Positions 27,059 through 36,981 of a stretch of DNA of 64,000 nt are shown piece after piece (position 1 is the first letter of the stretch; each line of letters begins with the position of its first letter). The stretch is from NCBI GenBank assembly GCA_964534445.1, contig CAZHOE010000003.1:1201-65200 (forward strand), given 5' to 3'. The notes beneath the pieces were generated by a model. The model saw nothing but the letters and a program-made list of their open reading frames with translations, made no database searches and had not been told where the DNA came from. This stretch comes from an uncultured Micavibrio sp. Its GTDB lineage: Bacteria > Pseudomonadota > Alphaproteobacteria > Micavibrionales > UBA2020. A program made the position numbers and the translations under genes.

Positions 27059-27087
27059 GCCCGGTGCATAAGCATCGGGCTTTTTTT
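27059..27087 (+). terminator. rho-independent terminator after the redoxin gene
   Basis: 9-bp stem GCCCGGTGC/GCATCGGGC, ATAA loop, T7 run. Confidence 0.75.
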
Positions 27088-27446
27088 ATGCCTCAGTTGC
27101 CTGCACAGTGAATACAGGTCGGTAAGGTCGGATCGCGAGCTCCAGATGCGCCCGACCCTCGTCTGATCCAGTGCAACGGGCTTCGACGATTCTGCCGCCT
27201 GTGTCAACGCCGCCGCAGTTTCTTCGCTCAGGCGCAGCAGTTTTTCTTTAAAAGAGGCGGTGTCCGGCATAGCGTAGTTTATCCTGTCTATCTTTTTTAT
27301 GAAATGTCTTAATTTTTTCCAGTACGCCTCAAACATGGCAATGGATGTTTGCGCAGAAGAAAAAGTAATTTTCAGGCTCGTATGGTATAAGCTGTTATTC
27401 GGTAAATTTTATTTTTTAATGGACGGCTTTTTAGGGCGAAGGATAT

Positions 27447-28322
27447 ATGCAACTCGGCCCGCGCGGCAAAAAGATATATTTTTTAATTGTCGCCGTTGTT
27501 TTTGGCAGCGCAATTATTGCCGTATCGATGATGAACGGCCGCAGTCCGCTGGCGATAACGGATCCCAATCTGCGCCCGCCCTTTGGCGCGCAGACCGCGC
27601 TTTATTTCGAACAGGCTGTTTACCGGCCATCACAGATGCTTTTTGCCGATACTATGCGTTATTATCTCGCGCCGCCGCGCGTTACGGGCAGCGCCGGCCG
27701 GCTTTATCCGCTTGTGGTGATCCTGCACGACGAGAACGGCGATGCACCGGCGGCGCGCTATTTGCTGCATCAAAGTCTTGCGGCTTTTTACCCCGCCTTT
27801 ATTGTCGTGCCGCAAATTTCGGAAGAAGAAAGCTGGGCAATATCTGGCGGGACGAATGTACGTTTTGGTGCGCGTAGCCAGCAGCGTGCGGATATGGTCA
27901 TGACATTGGTACAGGATTTGATCGGTAAAATCCCCGTGGATCCGACACGCATTTATCTTGTTGGCTGCGGCAATGGTGGTACAGGCGTTTTTCGCGCCGC
28001 CGAAAAATTTCCGCATCTGGTGACCGCAGGGGTGGTGATGAGCGGGCGCTGGAAAAGCGAAGATGCCACAGGGATTGTCCAAACACCGCTCTGGATCATA
28101 CACGGGCAAGTCGACCAGCGCACGCCGGCGCGCTACATGCAAAATCTGTCTGCCCATATTCGGCAAGCGGGTGGCGATGTGCGTTTTACAGAGATTGCGA
28201 AGCTGGGGCAGAACTGCCATGATCACCGTCTTTATATGACGGCGCTCTGGTCATGGTTGTTTGCCCGTCAACGGGCGGATCAATTGCCGCCGCAGCCTGC
28301 GCCACTGCCATTGGCGCAGTGA
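27447..28322 (+). CDS. alpha/beta-hydrolase (esterase/PHB-depolymerase-like) homologue with a non-canonical nucleophile elbow
   Basis: N-terminal TM/signal segment. VGCGNGG where the family has G-x-S-x-G-G. The Asp (IIHGQVDQRTP) and His (NCHDH) regions are retained. Confidence 0.6.
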   Translation: MQLGPRGKKIYFLIVAVVFGSAIIAVSMMNGRSPLAITDPNLRPPFGAQTALYFEQAVYRPSQMLFADTMRYYLAPPRVTGSAGRLYPLVVILHDENGDAPAARYLLHQSLAAFYPAFIVVPQISEEESWAISGGTNVRFGARSQQRADMVMTLVQDLIGKIPVDPTRIYLVGCGNGGTGVFRAAEKFPHLVTAGVVMSGRWKSEDATGIVQTPLWIIHGQVDQRTPARYMQNLSAHIRQAGGDVRFTEIAKLGQNCHDHRLYMTALWSWLFARQRADQLPPQPAPLPLAQ

Positions 28323-29773
28323 TTATCCCCCGCCGCAGGCGCAAGGGCGGCAAGGGCGGAAACATCAATTCCAACCTGCTCGATCACCAGAGGCGTAGAG
28401 CCAAAACCGCCGAAAACAGGCGTATTGAAAATGCGGTTATTGTCAGGCGTTGACGCATCTGCCGCAGCATTGAAAAAAACGTTTTTGCCGCCGATTGAGA
28501 TGAAGATGTTACTTGTATCTGTATTCAGATCGTTGAAAGGGCGTGTATTTGTCAGGTCAATGGCATGTGACGTCGCGCCGTTAAAAACGCTGTCATGAAC
28601 AAAAAGACCGTCAGCGTTTTGCGCCAGGATGCCGTTGCGCCCATATAGAAAGGCAAGGCCGCTGATTTCAACGTTCGGCGCATTGACGGTAATTGTCGCC
28701 TGTCCGTCTTTCCCCCACAAGGTGACGGGTTCCGCAGACGGATAGGCTTGCAAAGCCACGGACTTTGTAATGGTAAGGCTTTCTCTATACAGGCCTTCGT
28801 TAATATAAATAGCTGTACCATCCGGCGCCATATCCAGCGCTTCCTGAATGCGGTAGTTTTGACCAACGCGGATACTGTTTTCCAGGGTTTTGGTTTGTGC
28901 CCCGTTGGAAAGGATGATTTTGCCATTGCGCCCCTCGGCCTTTGTGGCGGCGATCAGGCCGTCGGAATTAATCACTGTATCGATCGCGGCGGATGCCGCG
29001 CGCGCTGTCATCTGCACCGTGCCGCCGTTTGCAATGATTTTTCCGCTATTGTCTACAACGCTGCCTGCTGGCAGAGCCGTCGCAAGGCCGTCTGTGACGG
29101 TGAAATTGATCATTCGATCACCGTAAAAATCCAGTGCGGCGGCTTTGCCGGATGCCAAGATCACATGGCCGAGGCGCGCCGTGATGATACCCTTGTTTTG
29201 CACGGCAGGCGCGACGAAGGCGGCAAGCCCGCGATCCCGTACTGTAAACTGTGTGGATTGGTTGATGACGGCAGCGCCGGCCACGGCATCCATATCGGCA
29301 AGCAACATCATATCCTGACCGGATTCAAAGGCCGCCTGGTTTGTGAGGCGTCCTGTCGAGGCGACAATCCCGCCAACGTCAATGACCGCGTTTGTGCCGA
29401 AAATAACGCCGTTCGGATCCAGAATAACGACCGTGCCGTTGGCGGTGAGTTTACCCAGAATTTTGGAAGGATCCGTCCCGCCACCGACAACGCGGTTGAC
29501 CGTGATGCTGCCGCTACCGGCCAGTTGTTTGAATTCGACGGCAGCATCCTTGCCGATATTGAAACTGTCCCAGTCCAGCACGGCGCGCAGGGTATTGGCG
29601 TCCTGCGTCACTACTTTTGTGTGGGGAAGGGTGTCGTGGTCCGTGTATGTGATACTGTCGGGCAGTGTGGAGATGACCGGCGTCTCAAATGCGTCGGGTT
29701 CGGCCGCAAGCGCGGCAGCGGAGAAGAAAAGCCCAGTTAGGGTAGACAATATGTAAGGTACGAAATGTCTCAT
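28280..29773 (-). CDS. TPS-domain (haemagglutination activity domain) exoprotein with a right-handed beta-helix region
   Basis: Signal peptide from the ATG at 29773. TPS core FNIGKDAAVEF...ITVNRVVGGGTDPSKILGKLTANGTVVILDPNGVIFG. Later NosD/pectin-lyase-like repeats. Cys-containing tail. Confidence 0.7.
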   Translation of the reverse strand: MRHFVPYILSTLTGLFFSAAALAAEPDAFETPVISTLPDSITYTDHDTLPHTKVVTQDANTLRAVLDWDSFNIGKDAAVEFKQLAGSGSITVNRVVGGGTDPSKILGKLTANGTVVILDPNGVIFGTNAVIDVGGIVASTGRLTNQAAFESGQDMMLLADMDAVAGAAVINQSTQFTVRDRGLAAFVAPAVQNKGIITARLGHVILASGKAAALDFYGDRMINFTVTDGLATALPAGSVVDNSGKIIANGGTVQMTARAASAAIDTVINSDGLIAATKAEGRNGKIILSNGAQTKTLENSIRVGQNYRIQEALDMAPDGTAIYINEGLYRESLTITKSVALQAYPSAEPVTLWGKDGQATITVNAPNVEISGLAFLYGRNGILAQNADGLFVHDSVFNGATSHAIDLTNTRPFNDLNTDTSNIFISIGGKNVFFNAAADASTPDNNRIFNTPVFGGFGSTPLVIEQVGIDVSALAALAPAAGDNHCANGSGAGCGGN

Positions 29774-29994
29774 GAAATCGCCGTTTGGGTTCAAAAATGA
29801 CCCCGAAGGAGTGAAAATTGAAGGATTCGAAAATGGAGCTTGTTTTTGCCATAAATAGCATACGCGCGCAACCATAAAAAGCCTGAAAATTGTGGAATCA
29901 TTTGATTTTTCGCGAAAAGCGGCGTATAAAAAATTCCCATAAGTTTATAGATTTTGTGCGCAAAGTCCTTTTTTAGAATGAGAAGGTTTAAAAC

Positions 29995-30465
29995 ATGTCA
30001 TCCATTGAAAGCAAGCTGGAGCAAATCGAGCAGTCCATTCAAAAGCATCTCGCCAATCGCAAGGAAATGGGCAAACTGACACGCGCCTTCGCCGTTATCG
30101 GCGGAGTTTGTATGGCCGGCTTGCTGCTGGTCAAAGCCCCGATTTTCATTCTGGGCGTCGGTGCGGCGCTCACGGGCGTTGCCGTCACGGAAATGATGCG
30201 CGGCCTTAATGGCGAGCAGCTGAACAGCATGTATGAGACACAGGCCGCCCTGATGATTGCACAGGAAGCAAGTCGTAAGGGGCAAGAGCCTGCACCGTCA
30301 GCCGAGTTGAAAGGCGAGGGCATCAAGAACGGTTTCGGCAAAAACGCCGACCGCGTCGAAAAACTGGCCGAAGATGTCGAAGCGCTGAAAGAAGCGGTTG
30401 AAGGCAAACCGGTCGAACTCGATAAACCCAAAGGTACTTTTGGCCGGTTCTACAAAAAGAAATAA
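29995..30465 (+). CDS. hypothetical membrane-hairpin/coiled-coil protein
   Basis: Two adjacent hydrophobic helices (AFAVIGGVCMAGLLLV, IFILGVGAALTGVAV) and a charged helical tail. Followed by a terminator. Confidence 0.5.
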   Translation: MSSIESKLEQIEQSIQKHLANRKEMGKLTRAFAVIGGVCMAGLLLVKAPIFILGVGAALTGVAVTEMMRGLNGEQLNSMYETQAALMIAQEASRKGQEPAPSAELKGEGIKNGFGKNADRVEKLAEDVEALKEAVEGKPVELDKPKGTFGRFYKKK

Positions 30466-30494
30466 CAGGCAACCCGCCAAAAGCCTAAAGCGAA

Positions 30495-30535
30495 AACCCC
30501 TGCTGCCTTTGAATGGCGCACAGGGGTTTTTCTTT
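30495..30535 (+). terminator. rho-independent terminator
   Basis: AACCCCTG/CAGGGGTT stem followed by a T-run. Confidence 0.55.
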
Positions 30536-30552
30536 GATTGGTATCCGCGCAG

Positions 30553-30592
30553 CAAAAAAGCCTCCCCGTATGAAACGGGAAGGCTTTTTTTG
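30553..30592 (-). terminator. bidirectional terminator downstream of dnaK
   Basis: 11-bp stem with one mismatch (AGCCTCCCCGT/ACGGGAAGGCT) flanked by an A6 run and a T7 run. Confidence 0.65.
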
Positions 30593-30617
30593 GGGAGCCC
30601 TTTTGTGGGGCTCGGCT

Positions 30618-32609
30618 TTACATGCCGCTGTTGGGCGCGTTCGGCTTTTTCGGTGCCGGTGTGCCGCCGTTGGCGACTTTCTTGTCTTCGGCAGCCGCAG
30701 GTGTTGCGGAAGCTTCAGCATCGTCATTGGCAGGTGCGGCGCTGTTAAACGCTTCACCGATGGCGATACGCACATCTTTCAGCTTTTGAGTTTTGTCCAG
30801 CATTTGGGCAATGTCTTTGCTCTTGCGTGCTTTGGTCAGCTCGTCAACGGTTTCGGCGAACTGCTTTTTCAGGTCTTCCGGTGCGGACTTGAAGTATTCT
30901 TCTTCCGTGTCCTTTGCGGCTTCTTTCAGTTCGTACTCGGCGTTGGCTTCAGCCGAAAGGGCTTCGCGGAACTGGCGGTCTTTTTCCGCGTTCTCGTCAG
31001 CGTCTTTCAGCATGCGGGCAACTTCGTCATCGGTCAGGCCGCCATTGGCCTTCACGGTGATTTTTTGCGCGCGACCGGTTTTCATGTCTTTTGCGGAAAC
31101 GTTCATCACGCCGTCGGCATCAATGGACAGTTTCAGTTCGATCTGCGGTTCGCCCGCGCGTGCCGGCGGGATACCGTCCAGTGTGAACTGGCCAAGGTGC
31201 TTGTTCTCGGATGCTTTCGCGCGCTCGCCCTGGTAAACCTGCACGTGGACGTTGCGCTGGTTGTCTTCTGCGGTGGAGAAGATGTCCGAATATTCCGTCG
31301 GGATGGCAGAGTTGCGCTCGATCAACGTGGTCATTACATCGCCTTTGGTACGGATGCCGATAGACAGCGGGATCACGTCCAGCAGAACGACGTTATCGAC
31401 TTTGCCTTCCATGATCGCGCCCTGTACGGAGGCACCCATGGCCACGATTTCATCGGGGTTGACGTCGCGGCGGGGTTCTTTGCCGAAGTATTTTTTGACC
31501 GTTTCGATGACTTTCGGCATACGGGTCTGGCCGCCGACGAGAATGATTTCATCCAGATCGCTTGCTTTCAGGTTGGCATCGGCCAGTGCTTTTTTGCAAG
31601 GCTCGATCGTCCGGTCCACAAGATCCTGAACCAGATTTTCCAGTTCTTTGCGGGTCATGTTCATTTCGAAGTTGATCATCTGGCCTTCCGCATCGGGCAT
31701 CAGGAAGGGGAGGCTGATCGTTGTCATGTCCTGTAGCGACAGTTCGATTTTCGCTTTTTCAGCCGCCTCACGGATACGCTGGATCTGCGATGCATACTGG
31801 CCTTTGGCCGCGGCATCGTGTGCGTCGATATTGGTGCCGTGTTCTTCGTTCAGCGCCTTGATCAGGTAGTCGGTAATGCGTTCGTCAAAGTTTTCGCCGC
31901 CGAGGAAGGTGTCACCGTTGGTGGACAAAACGCGCACCAGGCTGCCTTCTTCGTCGTCGATGGCGACTTCAAGAATGGAAACGTCGAAGGTACCGCCGCC
32001 AAGGTCGAATACGGCAATTTTACCGCCTTCTTTCTTGTCCATGCCGTAGGCAAGAGCAGCTGCTGTCGGCTCGTTGATGATACGTTTGACTTCCAGACCG
32101 GCGATTTTACCGGCGTCACGCGTCGCTTTACGCTGCGCGTCGTCAAAATATGCGGGAACGGTAATGACGGCTTCGGTGATTTCCTCGCCGATTTGTTTTT
32201 CAACGGCTTCTTTCAGCTCGCGCAGTACTTTCGCACTGATTTCGGCGGGAGCCATTTTCTTGCCATCCACTTCCACCCATGCGTCACCGTTCGGGCCGGG
32301 CACGATGGTATAGGAAGACAGCGCCTGCATTTTCTGCACTTCCGGATCGTCAAAACGACGGCCGATCAAGCGTTTGACACCGTAAATGGTGTTCAGTGGA
32401 TTGACAGCAGACTGGCGCTTGGCGTTTTCACCGATGATCCACTCCTGGGACACTTCGCCGGTTTTTTTGTCCTTGGTCTTTTTCAGCGCAATGACAGACG
32501 GGGTCGTGCGTTTGCCGAGAGAATTCTCGTAAATCTTCGCCTGATCGTTTTCGTAGATGGCGACAGCGGAGTTTGTTGTACCAAGATCGATACCGATAAT
32601 TTTGCCCAT
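30618..32609 (-). CDS. dnaK: molecular chaperone DnaK (Hsp70)
   Basis: [29 protein letters not shown] and the rest align along the whole length with canonical DnaK. There is a small insertion near residue 45. No dnaJ or grpE is adjacent. Confidence 0.92.
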   Translation of the reverse strand: MGKIIGIDLGTTNSAVAIYENDQAKIYENSLGKRTTPSVIALKKTKDKKTGEVSQEWIIGENAKRQSAVNPLNTIYGVKRLIGRRFDDPEVQKMQALSSYTIVPGPNGDAWVEVDGKKMAPAEISAKVLRELKEAVEKQIGEEITEAVITVPAYFDDAQRKATRDAGKIAGLEVKRIINEPTAAALAYGMDKKEGGKIAVFDLGGGTFDVSILEVAIDDEEGSLVRVLSTNGDTFLGGENFDERITDYLIKALNEEHGTNIDAHDAAAKGQYASQIQRIREAAEKAKIELSLQDMTTISLPFLMPDAEGQMINFEMNMTRKELENLVQDLVDRTIEPCKKALADANLKASDLDEIILVGGQTRMPKVIETVKKYFGKEPRRDVNPDEIVAMGASVQGAIMEGKVDNVVLLDVIPLSIGIRTKGDVMTTLIERNSAIPTEYSDIFSTAEDNQRNVHVQVYQGERAKASENKHLGQFTLDGIPPARAGEPQIELKLSIDADGVMNVSAKDMKTGRAQKITVKANGGLTDDEVARMLKDADENAEKDRQFREALSAEANAEYELKEAAKDTEEEYFKSAPEDLKKQFAETVDELTKARKSKDIAQMLDKTQKLKDVRIAIGEAFNSAAPANDDAEASATPAAAEDKKVANGGTPAPKKPNAPNSGM

Positions 32610-32887
32610 TGGTTTGCCTCTTTTATCTCAGGGGGTGAGTGATATGAAGAATATGTTTCTCTTTTGCCAGTGATCTTTTTTTATCTGTATGCCGTTTGGG
32701 TTGCCGGTCGTTTGTGACCTGCCGGGACATTGCAATTATTATTGTCTAAATGTCCTGATGCCCGCGTAGGGTTAGTTATGTAACTTGCTCTCGAATGATG
32801 TGCATTATGTCAACGTGATCCCTAAATTGCAAGGGCTGGGTGCGAATTATTTGCAAAAATATCTAAATATTTGAAAAAACGTATTAT

Positions 32888-33544
32888 TTATATATTTACA
32901 TAACTTTCAAAGAGGGCCGAGCCGATGCGGATATGGCTCGCCTGCATTCGAATCGCGGCGGGATAATCCCCGCTCATGCCCATGCTCAGTTGGGTAAGGC
33001 CTAAGGCTTTGGCCTGTTTGTGCAAAAGGGCAAAATGCAGCTCGGGCGCTTCGTCCACCGGCGGGATGCACATGAGGCCGGTTATATTGAGTCCGAGATC
33101 CTCGCGGCAGGTCTTGTAAAAGCCGGGCAGGTCATCTATCGCAATGCCGCCCTTTTGCGCCTCGTCGCCCGTATTCACCTGAATAAAACAGGGAAGGTTC
33201 TTGCCCTGTTTTTGCATTTCTTTGGAAAGCGCTTCGGCCAGCGAAGCGCGGTCAACGGTATGGATCACATCAAACAGCGCGACGGCATCCTTTGCCTTAT
33301 TGCTTTGCAGCTGGCCGATGAAATGCAGCGCGACATCGGGAAAGTTTTTGCGCAAGGCGGGCCATTTGTCGGCCGCTTCCTGTACGCGGTTTTCACCAAA
33401 AACACGCTGGCCATTTTCTAGCAGCGGCAGAATGTCTTCAGCGCTGCGGTTTTTGCTGACGGCGACCAGCGTCACGTCTTCGGGTTGGCGTCCTGCTTCT
33501 TTGCAGGCGGCATTGATACCGGCCTTGATATCGGAAAGGCTCAT
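32888..33544 (-). CDS. yggS: YggS-family pyridoxal-phosphate homeostasis protein
   Basis: VTLVAVSKNRS (PLP Lys), FGENRVQEA, HFIGQLQSNK, LSMGMSGDY. Confidence 0.88.
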   Translation of the reverse strand: MSLSDIKAGINAACKEAGRQPEDVTLVAVSKNRSAEDILPLLENGQRVFGENRVQEAADKWPALRKNFPDVALHFIGQLQSNKAKDAVALFDVIHTVDRASLAEALSKEMQKQGKNLPCFIQVNTGDEAQKGGIAIDDLPGFYKTCREDLGLNITGLMCIPPVDEAPELHFALLHKQAKALGLTQLSMGMSGDYPAAIRMQASHIRIGSALFESYVNI

Positions 33545-33555
33545 GGTGCGAGACC

Positions 33556-34881
33556 TCAGCTGCCGGATCCGAAGGCCGTTGGGGCGGGGTCTACCACGCG
33601 CGCCATGCCGCTCTGGATTTCCAGTACCGCAAGGCCGCGCTCGGATAAGCCGTCGCTTCGGAAACGGAACAAGCCGTCAATACCCGCAAAGCCACGCGGA
33701 TTTGTCAGCCGCTGGCGGGAATAAACATCGCCGGCGTCCGCATTGCGGGACAGCACGGCAGAAAGCGCGGTGGCGTCATAGGCAAGCGTTGTCAGGCGCG
33801 GCGCCTCGCTGCCGTAGTTATCGCGGTAACGCTTTTCAAAGTCGCGGCGCGTTGCAGGATCGGGCGCGGCAAACAGGCCGCCGAAGAGTGCCGGGTTACG
33901 CGTCAGGCTTTCGTCGTCCCAAAGCCCTGTGCCGATCAGGCGTACATTTTTGTTGTTGATGCCGTGTTGATCAAGCAATGATGCCAAGGCGCCGAGAGAT
34001 TCACCGCCCAGCGGCAGCATGAGCGCGTCAAAATTGACGGCGGTCGTATCGCCTGCTTCGTTGACCGTGCGGGTATGGGTTGCAAATTCCTCGACCAACA
34101 GTTGCAGGTTGGTGTCGCCCGGCTCAAAGCGGCCGGTGCGAATGATGCGCGCGCCTGTACGTTGCAGGGTGCTGAAAACCACATCGCAATATTCCGTACG
34201 CGGGCCGAATGCGGCAAACCGTGCTGGTGCCGTGCCGTTCCGAATAGCTTGCTCTTCCACATACTGCGTCACACGCGCGACTTGGGCGAAGGGCAAAAAG
34301 CCCATGATGTATGTGCCGTTGCCTGCCAGCGACCAGTCCGTCGTAAAGGCGATCATGGGAATATTCGCGTTGTTCAGCGCCGGTTTCACCGCGCGTACGT
34401 CGTCGGCGAAAATGGGGCCAAGGACGAGATCTGTGTTGTTGCGCACGGCTTGCTCGGCGGCATAGACAGCGCCGGCGCTGCTGCTGCGCGTATCCAGCGG
34501 CACCAGCTCATAGGTGGCGCTACCGACATCAAACAGCGCCATCTGCGCGGCCTTCAGCATGGATTGCCCCAGATCCGCATGTTTGCCGGTCAGCGGCAGC
34601 AAGATGCCGACCTTGACGTTCACGGCCTTGCCGGCAACGGGTGGGGATTGCTGGGCAATCGCAGCGCCTTCGGTCGCCAGCGTCTGGCGCTGGTTATAGG
34701 TTTGCCAGGCGATATCCGGGGTGCTGTTGGGGTCATTGGTGACAACGCCTTTATTGCCCGTCATGCCCCAGGGCTGTGATCCGCCATACCCGCCGCCGCA
34801 GGCGGTCAGCAAAAGCAGGACAGCCGAAAGCGCGAAGAAAGATTTTAGGGAACGGGTGAATTTTGCGTATAGTGGTTTCAA
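33556..34881 (-). CDS. LpoA/LppC-like periplasmic-binding-fold lipoprotein
   Basis: Lipobox LLLTACGG. Type-I periplasmic-binding-protein-like body. Divergent from rsmI, as E. coli lpoA (yraM) is from rsmI (yraL). Confidence 0.65.
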   Translation of the reverse strand: MKPLYAKFTRSLKSFFALSAVLLLLTACGGGYGGSQPWGMTGNKGVVTNDPNSTPDIAWQTYNQRQTLATEGAAIAQQSPPVAGKAVNVKVGILLPLTGKHADLGQSMLKAAQMALFDVGSATYELVPLDTRSSSAGAVYAAEQAVRNNTDLVLGPIFADDVRAVKPALNNANIPMIAFTTDWSLAGNGTYIMGFLPFAQVARVTQYVEEQAIRNGTAPARFAAFGPRTEYCDVVFSTLQRTGARIIRTGRFEPGDTNLQLLVEEFATHTRTVNEAGDTTAVNFDALMLPLGGESLGALASLLDQHGINNKNVRLIGTGLWDDESLTRNPALFGGLFAAPDPATRRDFEKRYRDNYGSEAPRLTTLAYDATALSAVLSRNADAGDVYSRQRLTNPRGFAGIDGLFRFRSDGLSERGLAVLEIQSGMARVVDPAPTAFGSGS

Positions 34882-34942
34882 GGCTTATCTCCGGTACGTT
34901 ATTCAAATAGCGCGGGGCAAATCAAAGGCAGATAGTCAAAAC

Positions 34943-35836
34943 ATGGCCGATCAGGACATACATCTTATACCCGGTCTTTATATAATTGCCACGCCGATTG
35001 GCAATATGGGCGATATTACCCTGCGTGCGCTGGAAACGCTACGCCATGTGGATGCGATTGCCTGCGAAGATACGCGGCAGGCAGGCAAACTGGCCTCGGC
35101 TTATGGTATTTCCGCACCGCGTTTGCCGTATCATGACCATAATGCGGCCGAGATGCGTCCCAAGATCCTTTCTATGATTGCGAACGGCAAAACCGTGGCC
35201 TTAGTTTCCGATGCCGGTATGCCTTTGATCTCCGATCCCGGTTATAAGCTGGTGGAGGCCTGTGTGGCGGAAGGTTTCTATGTCACCTGTGTGCCGGGCG
35301 CTTCGGCGTCCCTGACGGGTCTTGTGCTCTCAGGCCTGCCGTCAGACCGTTTTTATTTCGGCGGCTTTTTACCGGCGAAGTCCGGCGCGCGCAAAAATCA
35401 TTTGGTGGCCTTAAAAAGCATCCCTTCGACGCTCGTATTTTACGAAACAGCGCCGAGACTGGCGGCTAGCCTTGCCGATATGGCTGAAACACTGGGGAAT
35501 CGTCCGGCGGCTGTGGCTCGTGAATTGACAAAAAAATTCGAAGAAATCCGCCGGGGCACTTTGGCGGATCTTGCCGCGCATTACGCCGAACAGGGGGCGC
35601 CAAAGGGCGAGATTGTGGTGATTGTGGGCGCGCCGGTGCAGGCGGACGCGGCGGCGGCTTATGATGAGGCGGCGATTGATCGTATGATTATGGCGGCGCT
35701 GACGGAAAAAGGCCTGCGCATCAAAGATGCCGCCACCTATGTTGCGGCGGAAACCGGCTTGCGTAAAAACGATGTGTACCAGCGCGCCTTGCAAGTCAAA
35801 AACAAACAGGCGGGCGGCAATGATGTCGAAGACTGA
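34943..35836 (+). CDS. rsmI: 16S rRNA (cytidine1402-2'-O)-methyltransferase
   Basis: GLYIIATPIGNMGDITLRALETL, VALVSDAGMPLISDPG. The ATG at 34943 is preferred; the upstream part of the track ORF overlaps the lpoA-like gene. Confidence 0.88.
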   Translation: MADQDIHLIPGLYIIATPIGNMGDITLRALETLRHVDAIACEDTRQAGKLASAYGISAPRLPYHDHNAAEMRPKILSMIANGKTVALVSDAGMPLISDPGYKLVEACVAEGFYVTCVPGASASLTGLVLSGLPSDRFYFGGFLPAKSGARKNHLVALKSIPSTLVFYETAPRLAASLADMAETLGNRPAAVARELTKKFEEIRRGTLADLAAHYAEQGAPKGEIVVIVGAPVQADAAAAYDEAAIDRMIMAALTEKGLRIKDAATYVAAETGLRKNDVYQRALQVKNKQAGGNDVED

Positions 35837-36176
35837 GCCGACGGGGTATCAAAAAGGCCTTTGGGCGGAGCGACTGGCGGCGGCGTATTTGCGGCTGAAG
35901 GGGTATTCGATCCTCGCGATGCGTTATAAAACGTATCTGGGCGAAATCGATGTGGTGGCCAAACGCGGCCGGACGATTGTTTTTGCCGAAGTCAAACGCC
36001 GCCGGTACATTACAGCGGCCAAAGAAGCCATTCATGCCGATAATCAGGCGCGGGTGCGGCGCGCGGCAGAACTTTACCTGCAAAAACATCCGCGCTACAC
36101 TGGACACAACATGCGTTTTGACGCGATTGTGTTTGCGCCGCGTTGCTGGCCGCAACATATTCAAAACGCCTTTTAA
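35820..36176 (+). CDS. yraN: YraN-family (UPF0102) endonuclease-like protein
   Basis: GLWAERLAAAYLRLKGYSIL, GEIDVVA, IVFAEVKRR. The start overlaps the end of rsmI. Confidence 0.85.
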   Translation: MMSKTEPTGYQKGLWAERLAAAYLRLKGYSILAMRYKTYLGEIDVVAKRGRTIVFAEVKRRRYITAAKEAIHADNQARVRRAAELYLQKHPRYTGHNMRFDAIVFAPRCWPQHIQNAF

Positions 36177-36210
36177 CAAGGTTTGAGGTTTCCAAAGGGA
36201 GTATCGCGAC

Positions 36211-36981
36211 ATGACGCTCGCAACCGCTTATCAAAAGTCATCCATGCTTGTGGCGCTTCTCGGGCTCTGCGCGGCTATGGGATTATCGGGATGCACCGCC
36301 GTTGGCGTTGCTGCAGGCGCGGGCGCCACAGTGGGCGTGGCGGCGGCGCAGGAGGGTGGCATTCCTGTTGCGGCAACGGACGCTGCCATCCGTATCCAGA
36401 TTATCGATGCGTGGTTCCGCCATGATGTGGAGCTGTATCGCCGTCTGGGCATTACCGTCCGCGAGGGCCGCGTGCTGGTCACGGGTACGGTGCCGACACC
36501 TGATGATCGTGTGGAAGCCATCCGTCTTGTCTGGCAGGTGAAAGAGGTCAAGCAGGTTATCAACGAAGTGCGCGTCGATGAACAAGGCGCCACCGTTGGA
36601 TCCTACGTGCAAGATACGTGGATTACCAGCAACGTTAAAACGTTGTTGATGTTTGACAAGCAGGTGCAGTCCATCAATTACACCGTCGAAACGGTCGGCG
36701 GTACGGTCTATCTGATGGGGATTGCACAATCGCAGCATGAGCTGGATCGTGCGATTAACCACGCCCGCAATACCAAATTTGTGAAGAATGTCGTCAGTTA
36801 TGTGCGCATACGTAGCGAACCTGCGGCAGGGATGGCTGGTAGCTCGACGACGGCGCCTGCTACCGCTCCTGCGGCTGCGGATGACATGACGGGCAATCCG
36901 TATTATGACCCGATACCGATCTCCCCTGCCGACAGCGGCGTGGAAAGTGTGCCTCTTGACGATATGACGGGAAACTATTGA
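36211..36981 (+). CDS. BON-domain lipoprotein (OsmY/DolP-like)
   Basis: Lipobox LSGC. Two BON-like units (ITVREGRVLVTGTVP; VETVGGTVYLMGIA). Confidence 0.75.
   Translation: MTLATAYQKSSMLVALLGLCAAMGLSGCTAVGVAAGAGATVGVAAAQEGGIPVAATDAAIRIQIIDAWFRHDVELYRRLGITVREGRVLVTGTVPTPDDRVEAIRLVWQVKEVKQVINEVRVDEQGATVGSYVQDTWITSNVKTLLMFDKQVQSINYTVETVGGTVYLMGIAQSQHELDRAINHARNTKFVKNVVSYVRIRSEPAAGMAGSSTTAPATAPAAADDMTGNPYYDPIPISPADSGVESVPLDDMTGNY

Noticed and set aside
27034-27336. 100-aa minus-strand ORF after the redoxin gene
   Set aside because: Its 3' third is encoded by the redoxin terminator hairpin and it has a weak RBS and no motif. A short real peptide starting at 27270 cannot be excluded, but there is not enough support to call it.
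30513-32642. 407-aa and 274-aa plus-strand ORFs opposite dnaK
   Set aside because: dnaK on the minus strand is unambiguous. These are its antisense frames.
33556-36981. lpoA-like/rsmI/yraN/BON block as something unusual
   Set aside because: This is the conserved yraL-yraM-yraN-yraP-type synteny known from E. coli, so it is ordinary core genome.
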